A stretch of DNA of 32,000 bases. It comes from Megasphaera sueciensis (GTDB lineage Bacteria; Bacillota; Negativicutes; Veillonellales; Megasphaeraceae). The notes under the pieces are model-generated. The model was not told the origin of the DNA. It was given only the letters and a program-made list of their open reading frames with translations, and searched no databases. Below, one piece after another: positions 22,876 to 32,000 of the stretch (positions within the stretch are counted from its first letter, which is position 1; every line of letters starts with the position of its first letter). A program made the translations under genes and the position numbers. The stretch covers positions 85,961-117,960 of the forward strand of contig NZ_CP116939.1 in the NCBI RefSeq assembly GCF_050219315.1, in the 5' to 3' direction.

Positions 22876-23478
22876 TCAGCCCAGCGTTTCAATAAATGCT
22901 TTTACGATTTCAGGATCGAAAAGGATGCCCGATGCGCTGAATAATTCTCGAACGGCCTGCTGTTTTGTCTTGGCCCAGAATTCGGTAGAAGGATTTATGA
23001 TAATGTCATAATAATCGGCAACGGCAATAATACGTGCTCCAAAAGGAATATTTGATGCCCGCAGATGTTTTGGATATCCTGAACCATCCCAGCGTTCATG
23101 ATGATAATGAATGTAAGGAATGATATCTTGGCAGAAAGGGATGTTTTCTAACATATTGCTGCCGGCTGCGGAATGACGCTTGTATTGTGCTCTTTCCCTG
23201 GTATTTAAATAGGGAAGCTTGGCCAGTAAGGTATTGGATATAGATAACAAACCAATATCATGAAGCAGCGCGGCGTGCTGAATTGTTTCTATTTCATTGT
23301 TGGGCAGTCCCAGTTTAGCGGCAATACTGACGCTATAGTTAGCAACTTGCAGCGAATGGAGATAAAGGCGTTGATTTTTGTATTGCAGCAAGCGAAGAAA
23401 TTGTGCGGTAACAGTATCAAGAGATTCCCGTTCTTTAGATCCGACTTCGGCAGACTGCATTAATGATAACATAAACAT
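22876..23478 (-). CDS. Stand-alone HD-GYP domain phosphohydrolase
   Basis: 200 aa with LLHDIGLL and HHERWDGSGYP motifs. Confidence 0.85.
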   Translation of the reverse strand: MFMLSLMQSAEVGSKERESLDTVTAQFLRLLQYKNQRLYLHSLQVANYSVSIAAKLGLPNNEIETIQHAALLHDIGLLSISNTLLAKLPYLNTRERAQYKRHSAAGSNMLENIPFCQDIIPYIHYHHERWDGSGYPKHLRASNIPFGARIIAVADYYDIIINPSTEFWAKTKQQAVRELFSASGILFDPEIVKAFIETLG

Positions 23479-23507
23479 AGAAACAAACCTTTCAATATTA
23501 TAATAGC

Positions 23508-24029
23508 TTATTGGATAGTGTCCTTCTGGGAACTTTTCATACGGCGTGCCCGTGTAGACCGTTTAGGATGACGAATAATGGTAAACATTTTACTGCTTGT
23601 TCGCTTTATTTTTGCACCTGTGTTTTTTACCCGGCGAATAGTTGTAATTTTCGACTTATGTTTTGGCCGCATGTCGCGGATAGAGCCAAAATCACCGCGG
23701 CGTACACTGGTAGCTTTGATACGGTCCGAATGGAGATTGACTTTTAAGGCACTCATAATAGAACTGGCCTTGAGATTAATGTTAAAACTGTATATATCCA
23801 CGGCAGCGTATAAAAGCTGTGGATAAAAATGGATGCAGATATGTGAATTTTCTGATACGGCTATACAGGTGAGTTCATCATCAACATGATAAAAATTAAT
23901 ACCATCCAGCGGCGCCTCTGCTAACTCAAAAGCCCGTTCTACTAAAGGTTCGAGCTCTTCAGGTTCTTGAAATGTTGTCTTGCAATTGTAAAAATCAATT
24001 ATTAAATGTGTTCCTAATGTATTTTTCAT
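23508..24029 (-). CDS. S-adenosylmethionine decarboxylase-like (SpeH/SpeD class 1 fold) protein with a long polybasic C-terminal tail
   Basis: GTHLIIDFYNC and VSENSHICIHFYPQLLYAAVDIYSF align by eye with GRHVISELWGC and [25 protein letters not shown] of bacterial SpeD. In the last 64 residues, 22 are K/R. Confidence 0.6.
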   Translation of the reverse strand: MKNTLGTHLIIDFYNCKTTFQEPEELEPLVERAFELAEAPLDGINFYHVDDELTCIAVSENSHICIHFYPQLLYAAVDIYSFNINLKASSIMSALKVNLHSDRIKATSVRRGDFGSIRDMRPKHKSKITTIRRVKNTGAKIKRTSSKMFTIIRHPKRSTRARRMKSSQKDTIQ

Positions 24030-24237
24030 GATTACCCACCTAACGTTTAGTTACGACTTATTATATAATTTTTTCTGCGCCTTGTAAACGTAAATTGACA
24101 AATGTAAATAAGCAAAATTTTGCTGTTATTTAGAAATATAGAAGGAATGTGGAAAAATGATGTTTTTGAGAATAAAAGTAAATATTTTGTATGTAAAAAA
24201 TTCATAACTTTAAGATATTTATGTTAAAAAATAAAAT

Positions 24238-24267
24238 ACCGGCGAGCTTTTTTGCAGCTCCACCGGT
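24238..24267 (-). terminator. Probable terminator of the DUF362 gene
   Basis: accgg/ccggt and gagc/gctc stems are present. On the - strand they are followed by a T-rich run (the + strand A-run at 24226-24237). Confidence 0.45.
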
Positions 24268-24305
24268 TTGAAAAAAATAAAAACTTAAATAAGAGAATGA
24301 AAGAA

Positions 24306-25430
24306 TTATTTTATAGTAATTAATTCATAATCACGCGTGCCTAATCCAATTTTTTCAGCATGTTCCAATGTTTCTTTCCAATGCACGTTGGGGTTGCTGT
24401 CGAGAAAATGGTCGTGATGATGATGCCAGTTAGGATCAGCAAGATTGTCTCCGAGTTGGCTGTTGGATAAAGGAATTTGTTTTTGACAGGCATCTACGCA
24501 AGCTTGATCAATAGCGACAGGATCAAAAGAGGCAAACATTCCGATATTCGGCAGGATAGGGGCATCATTTTCGGCATGACAGTCACAATTTGGCGAAATA
24601 TCCATGGCCAGACTGATATGAAATGTGGGACGATCTTGACAAACAGCCATAGCATATTCAGCCATTTTACGATCCAATTGATCGGAAGCATCTCGCTGAA
24701 TCACGGTGATAGCATCAAAAGAGCAGGCACCGATGCAGCGTCCGCAGCCTTTGCACAAATCTTCATGAATATAGGCTTTATTGTTTTCATATGTGATAGC
24801 GTTAGAACCACATTCTTTAGCGCAGCGCCTACATCCGCGGCACCGTTTTTCTTTTACCGTGGGTTTTCCCGATGAATGCTGATCCATTTTACCTGCCCGG
24901 CTGCCGCATCCCATGCCGATGTTTTTTATAGCACCGCCAAAGCCGGTCATTTCGTGACCTTTGAAGTGGGTCAGACTGATAAATATATCGGCATCCATAA
25001 TAGCGCGGCCGATATGTGCTTCTTTTATGTACTCCCCGTTTTTAACCGGCACATCAACATCATCGGTACCGCGCAATCCATCGCCAATGATGATCTGACA
25101 GCCTGTTGTTATCGGGTTGAAACCATTTAAATTGGCACAATCCATATGTTCCAACGCATGTTTGCGACTGCCTGGATAAAGAGTATTGCAATCTGTAAGG
25201 AAAGGGATACCGCCTTGTTCTTTTACTAAATCAGCGACAGCCCTTGCATAATTAGGACGAAGATAAGATAAATTTCCTAATTCACCGAAATGCATTTTAA
25301 TAGCAACGAATTTTCCATCCATGTCCATTGTTTTGAAATCAGCTTTGATACAGATATTTTGTAATTTTTTTAAAAGATTGGTACCTAAGCCGACACGGAA
25401 ATCTGTGAAATATACTTTGGATTTTTCCAT
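24306..25430 (-). CDS. DUF362 domain protein with a 2x[4Fe-4S] ferredoxin insert
   Basis: 374 aa. CRGCRRCAKEC and CKGCGRCIGAC cluster motifs are present, with a DUF362-like N-terminus (VAIKMHFGE...). Confidence 0.8.
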   Translation of the reverse strand: MEKSKVYFTDFRVGLGTNLLKKLQNICIKADFKTMDMDGKFVAIKMHFGELGNLSYLRPNYARAVADLVKEQGGIPFLTDCNTLYPGSRKHALEHMDCANLNGFNPITTGCQIIIGDGLRGTDDVDVPVKNGEYIKEAHIGRAIMDADIFISLTHFKGHEMTGFGGAIKNIGMGCGSRAGKMDQHSSGKPTVKEKRCRGCRRCAKECGSNAITYENNKAYIHEDLCKGCGRCIGACSFDAITVIQRDASDQLDRKMAEYAMAVCQDRPTFHISLAMDISPNCDCHAENDAPILPNIGMFASFDPVAIDQACVDACQKQIPLSNSQLGDNLADPNWHHHHDHFLDSNPNVHWKETLEHAEKIGLGTRDYELITIK

Positions 25431-25531
25431 TTTTTTTCCCTCCTTGTAACTAAATGATACTTTTATAGTGTATCATTTAAAGTGTACTATAAGTCAAGAG
25501 AAAATAATATGTATATTCATTATTTGCCAAA

Positions 25532-25560
25532 AGAGTTCCAGAAAATTTTTCTGGAACTCT
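25532..25560 (-). terminator. Hairpin terminator downstream of clpB
   Basis: agagttccag (25532-25541) pairs perfectly with ctggaactct (25551-25560). The loop is A/T-only. Confidence 0.55.
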
Positions 25561-25611
25561 TGATTTATAACATATATATAGTTTGTTCATGCTGGGGGAC
25601 TACGATATTGT

Positions 25612-28209
<2,598 letters not shown>

Positions 28210-28264
28210 AATAAAACCTCCTTCATTATAGGCAATATAATTGTCTACTGTGATTTCAAGTATC

Positions 28265-28303
28265 ATTATACACGTAAAGGTCAAAAAGTCAATAAGTCAA
28301 AAG
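28265..28303 (-). promoter_or_regulatory. clpB promoter with three tandem GTCAA(A/T)A(A/G) octamers
   Basis: On the - strand there is TTGACT (28287-28292), a 16-nt spacer and TATAAT (28265-28270). On the + strand the repeats are gtcaaaaa, gtcaataa and gtcaaaag at 28280, 28288 and 28296. Confidence 0.5.
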
Positions 28304-28319
28304 GTTGATTTTTAATATA

Positions 28320-29540
28320 TTATGAAACAGGCAGTACAATAGGAGAATAATGGTAGTCTGCATGAGAAAAACGTAAAGCTGGATTAGTGAAACAATACTG
28401 CTGTATGTCTGTTGCCAATATATCTAAGGCAAGCATAGTAAAGCCGCATGATGTTAACGTGCCGACGGATTGCGTTATTTTATTGATAATAGGGAACGTA
28501 GTATTTTTTTTTATTTCATGAATAAATCCCCGGCCGCGAGAATTTAAAGCCAAAAGACGGGCGTATTGAGGACCTTGTTCCTGCCATTGCAGCATAGAAT
28601 TTTTGGTTATGCCTAATACTGTATAGGCTCCCATGCGACAAAGTCGAGTAAAAGGATAGCGGCGTGTTTTTAGCTCCTCTATTCCTGATTTCCATAGGAC
28701 CGCTTGTCCCATTATATTTTTCCACCGGTTTTCAATACCGTCGCGAAAAGCTGGCAGCAAGCCTAATTCTTCAGGAGAGCGGCGGCGGCTTTCATATAAA
28801 ATCAGATCTTGATAGCGGGAGTAATCACAATAGGCTTGGTCAGCCAAAATTTTTTGAAAGCTCTTACGATTTTTTTGGGGGATATACTGTATATAGTCGG
28901 TTTTAGGGCGTGTTGTGATGACCGCCTGCCGTAATAGGGATGCACTTGCGTAGGCTGTCAGATCTTGTGCGTTGTGTGACCCTGTTCTTTTTACAGGAAG
29001 AAACTGAAGTTTTTTTGCATAACGTTTCAGGGCTTTAACATATTCCAAAGCAAGTAATGTATTGGGATATTGCAGCAGACTTGATTTTTGCGGGAGGGCA
29101 TCGGCTAATGCTTGTGTTAAAGCCGTGCCATAACTGGTACCTTGCAGTCGGCTTGCGGCTAAGTACGGTTTTATATCAATTGATAAGGCTGTTTCTGCCA
29201 GCGCTGTTATATCTGAAGCGGAACCATGTTCTATGCCGCAAGATATAGCAGTACAGCCTAATTGGGAAGCAAGGCGGACGCCGCCGGCAGCAAATTCTTC
29301 TGCGCCATTAAGAACAAAAGAACAGGGGAGTTCGAATACACAATCAGCACCGCAGGATACGGCCCAAGCGGCACGCTTCCATTTACTAAACAAAGCCGGT
29401 TCTCCCCGCTGAACGAAGGAACCACTCATCAGTACGATAATAATTGTGTTGATGCCATATGTTTTTCGCAGTGTATCGATCATTTTTTTGTGGCCGCTAT
29501 GAAATGGATTGTATTCGGCGATGATGGCGATGCTATCCAA
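28320..29540 (-). CDS. tmcAL: tRNA(Met) cytidine acetate ligase (UPF0348/DUF795 nucleotidyltransferase)
   Basis: 406 aa. The N-terminus IIAEYNPFHSGH gives an HxGH-type nucleotidyltransferase signature typical of TmcAL. Confidence 0.75.
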   Translation of the reverse strand: MDSIAIIAEYNPFHSGHKKMIDTLRKTYGINTIIIVLMSGSFVQRGEPALFSKWKRAAWAVSCGADCVFELPCSFVLNGAEEFAAGGVRLASQLGCTAISCGIEHGSASDITALAETALSIDIKPYLAASRLQGTSYGTALTQALADALPQKSSLLQYPNTLLALEYVKALKRYAKKLQFLPVKRTGSHNAQDLTAYASASLLRQAVITTRPKTDYIQYIPQKNRKSFQKILADQAYCDYSRYQDLILYESRRRSPEELGLLPAFRDGIENRWKNIMGQAVLWKSGIEELKTRRYPFTRLCRMGAYTVLGITKNSMLQWQEQGPQYARLLALNSRGRGFIHEIKKNTTFPIINKITQSVGTLTSCGFTMLALDILATDIQQYCFTNPALRFSHADYHYSPIVLPVS

Positions 29541-29811
29541 ATGTAAGACCTCCTATTCCTATAATATATTATTCTTTATATATACTATATTACAGCATCT
29601 GCGTAAACAAGTAAATTGCGGGAATATAATGATGTATCTTTCTATAAAGAGATTAAGCTTTTAAGCTCTGAAACAGACTGCAGCATAAATTATTAATACG
29701 TTTTTATAATTTTTGCAGGTAAATTTATAAAAAGTTAGTTTATTTGCTTTTCTATAAGAAAAAACATGATATAATAGATAATATCTGTTAGAAAGTATGA
29801 TAGGTGATAGT

Positions 29812-30354
29812 ATGAAATTTTTTAGAATGTGGGCTATGTGCCTTATAATTGTGATGGGGTGTTTGCTGTCCGGCTGCGGCAATACAACTATGCTTGAAGA
29901 ATACAGTTTCGGCTATACGCAATTGAAGTCGGAACATTCTGAAGTGTTTCTTATGACCCCGTTCCAGCTTGGTAAAGCTAACAGGCAAAATGGTGATGGT
30001 GTAATGTATGTAGGAAATGATACCCATATTAATTTGATGGCGATTTCCGAATCAGCAAAAGAATTTACAGTACGAAAACTGGCTGAAACTTCACGTACTA
30101 TGTTGGAACAAACACCGGATATATCGAATCTGCAAACGAAGGTCAACGAAACGACTGTCAATGGTAAGCCTGCTGTGGAAACGGAGTATACCTATGAAGA
30201 ACCGCTGCATGGCAAGAATACCAAACTGGACGTACGGAGTCTCTTCTTTGAAGATAACGGCCAAATTTGGCATGTCATGTATATGTACCGTGACGGTGAC
30301 GCCATGGGTAAAGAAGTGACGGATTACATTTTTGGCAAAATCAAATCTTACTAG
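29812..30354 (+). CDS. Lipoprotein of unknown function
   Basis: I took the start at ATG 29812. Signal peptide MKFFRMWAMCLIIVMGCLLSGC has an L-S-G-C lipobox. Confidence 0.7.
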   Translation: MKFFRMWAMCLIIVMGCLLSGCGNTTMLEEYSFGYTQLKSEHSEVFLMTPFQLGKANRQNGDGVMYVGNDTHINLMAISESAKEFTVRKLAETSRTMLEQTPDISNLQTKVNETTVNGKPAVETEYTYEEPLHGKNTKLDVRSLFFEDNGQIWHVMYMYRDGDAMGKEVTDYIFGKIKSY

Positions 30355-30376
30355 ACGATGAAAGAAGGTAAATTGC

Positions 30377-31570
30377 ATGATCATATTGGTTTTAAATTGC
30401 GGCAGTTCGTCCTTGAAATACCAATTGGTAAACATGGACAAGGAAGAAGTAATGGCAAAGGGTTTGGTGGAACGTATAGGAATGGAAGATGCTGTATTTA
30501 CGCATAAATGGAATGGACAGAAGAGAGAAGTTACACAATCTATTCCTGACCATAAAGTAGCTGTACGATTGCTTTTGAATGCACTGACTGATAAAGAATG
30601 CGGTGTTATAGCTTCCATGGATGCGATTGATGCCATTGGACATCGTGTTGTACACGGTGGTGAAGAATTTGCAGCTTCCACCTTGATCACAGAGGAAGTG
30701 ATGAAAGCGTTGGAAAGATGCTCTGATATGGCTCCGCTTCATAATCCGCCGAATATTATCGGTATCAATGCCTGCAAAGCTATTATGCCAGATGTTCCTC
30801 AGGTAGCCGTATTTGATACGGCCTTTCATCAGACCATGCCGGCTAAGGCTTATATGTATGGCCTTCCTTATGAATTATATAAAGAAAATGGTATTCGTCG
30901 ATATGGCTTCCATGGAACCAGCCATCGTTATGTAGCTGGACAAGTGGCAAAAGTTATGGGAAAACCGGTGGAAGAACTGCGCATCATTAATTGCCATTTA
31001 GGAAATGGATCTTCTCTGGCAGCCATTAAGAATGGCAAATGTGTTGATACGACGATGGGTTTTACCCCTCTTGCGGGTGTGCTGATGGGTACTCGCTGCG
31101 GTGACCTGGATCCGGCCATTGTATTGAACGTTATGGACAAAAAAGGATTAAGCACATCGGAAATGGATACACTTATGAATAAGAAGTCCGGCGTACTTGG
31201 TATTTCTGGAGTATCCAGTGATTTTCGTGATCTGGGTGCTGCTGCGGCCAAAGGTAATGAACGTGCGCAGCTTGCACTTGATATGTTCCATTATCAAGTA
31301 CGTAAATTCATTGGAGCCTTTGCGGCCGCCATGGGCGGGGTAGATGTCATTACTTTTACTGCTGGTGTTGGTGAAAATGGTATTGAAAACCGTGCAGCCA
31401 TTTGTGACGGACTTGAATATTTAGGAGCAAAACTTTGTCCGGAACGTAATAATGTCCGCGGTAAGGATGCTCTTATCAGTACGGACGATTCTACCGTTAA
31501 GATGTATGTTATTCCGACCAATGAAGAAATTATGATTGCCCGCGATACAAAAGAAATTGTAGCTGAATAA
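30377..31570 (+). CDS. ackA: Acetate kinase
   Basis: 397 aa, with [22 protein letters not shown] and GFHGTSH motifs. Confidence 0.95.
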   Translation: MIILVLNCGSSSLKYQLVNMDKEEVMAKGLVERIGMEDAVFTHKWNGQKREVTQSIPDHKVAVRLLLNALTDKECGVIASMDAIDAIGHRVVHGGEEFAASTLITEEVMKALERCSDMAPLHNPPNIIGINACKAIMPDVPQVAVFDTAFHQTMPAKAYMYGLPYELYKENGIRRYGFHGTSHRYVAGQVAKVMGKPVEELRIINCHLGNGSSLAAIKNGKCVDTTMGFTPLAGVLMGTRCGDLDPAIVLNVMDKKGLSTSEMDTLMNKKSGVLGISGVSSDFRDLGAAAAKGNERAQLALDMFHYQVRKFIGAFAAAMGGVDVITFTAGVGENGIENRAAICDGLEYLGAKLCPERNNVRGKDALISTDDSTVKMYVIPTNEEIMIARDTKEIVAE

Positions 31571-31581
31571 TTTATTTGTTT

Positions 31582-31620
31582 AATATAGGACACCTGCTTA
31601 TTCAGCGGGTGTCCTATATT
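31582..31620 (+). terminator. Long hairpin downstream of ackA (no clear U-tract)
   Basis: aatataggacacc (31582-31594) pairs perfectly with ggtgtcctatatt (31608-31620). Three further pairs extend the stem, leaving the loop ttattca. Confidence 0.5.
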
Positions 31621-31671
31621 AAGGCTGCGGATAAACTATTGTTTTGGCCGCTTAGTTTTGGAGGAACCACA

Positions 31672-32000
31672 TTGAATATTTTATTCTGGGATATAGATGG
31701 AACATTACTTAACACGGGAAAAGCAGGATTATATGCTATAGAAGAAGCCTTTTCCGAACTGCAGGGGAAAAAAGTTATAGTACCGCCGATTGCCGCGGGA
31801 GGACGAACGGATAATTATATTTGTCAGCAGCTTTTGTTTAAGGCGACGGGAAAAATGCCTGCTCATACAGAAGTATCTGTTTTTTGCCGTCGGTATGAAA
31901 AACTGCTTTTAAAATGGATTTCTAAAACAGATGGACAGGTATTTCCCTTAGTTCGTGAAATACTGCCTTTTTTTGCAGAACGTTCGGATTTTAAACAAGT
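31672..32000 (+). CDS. HAD-superfamily hydrolase, 5-prime partial (runs off the window)
   Basis: The TTG start has GGAGG about 7 nt upstream. The translation LNILFWDIDGTLLNTGKAG contains HAD motif I (DxDGT). It is not in the ORF track because it is open-ended. Confidence 0.65.
   Translation, partial: MNILFWDIDGTLLNTGKAGLYAIEEAFSELQGKKVIVPPIAAGGRTDNYICQQLLFKATGKMPAHTEVSVFCRRYEKLLLKWISKTDGQVFPLVREILPFFAERSDFKQ

Noticed and set aside
28279-28303. Canonical CtsR box upstream of clpB
   Set aside because: The heptad-3-heptad (10-bp period) consensus does not fit because the repeats have an 8-bp period. I report it only as a CtsR-like variant.

Overview
This window is a mosaic from a low-GC Bacillota-type chromosome, and all calls below come from reading the sequence and the ORF track by eye. 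(1) Positions 1 to about 18.4 kb hold a GC-richer phage-like element on the + strand. It encodes an AEP primase/DUF3987 replication protein, an iteron/AT-rich ori-like spacer, VRR-NUC, an SNF2 helicase, a sigma-region-4-like regulator, HNH, a P27-type TerS, a ParB-N::DNA methyltransferase, an Amidase_3, a promoter-gene-terminator moron, TerL, an HK97-type portal, a ClpP-like protease, the major capsid protein and two head-completion proteins. These are followed directly by a holin, an HTH/Zn-ribbon protein and two tandem large serine recombinases. There are no tail genes, so it looks like a capsid-forming satellite (cf-PICI-like) or a tail-deleted prophage, and its left end lies outside the window. 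(2) 18.4-19.4 kb is a very AT-rich SMR efflux + MarR cassette with a perfect 19-bp palindromic operator. (3) 19.4-22.8 kb is a 3.26-kb module bracketed by 70-bp imperfect direct repeats. It carries a VOC-family gene and a three-gene TIR-like / 2TM-Macro-like / TIR-like locus that I read as type II Thoeris-like anti-phage defence. (4) The second repeat abuts only the last ~40 codons of a ComFC-type phosphoribosyltransferase gene, so the whole composite appears to be inserted in comFC. (5) 22.9-32 kb is ordinary chromosome: HD-GYP, an AdoMetDC-like protein with a polybasic tail, a DUF362/ferredoxin protein, clpB, tmcAL, a lipoprotein, ackA and the start of a HAD hydrolase. I saw no rRNA, tRNA or CRISPR array.
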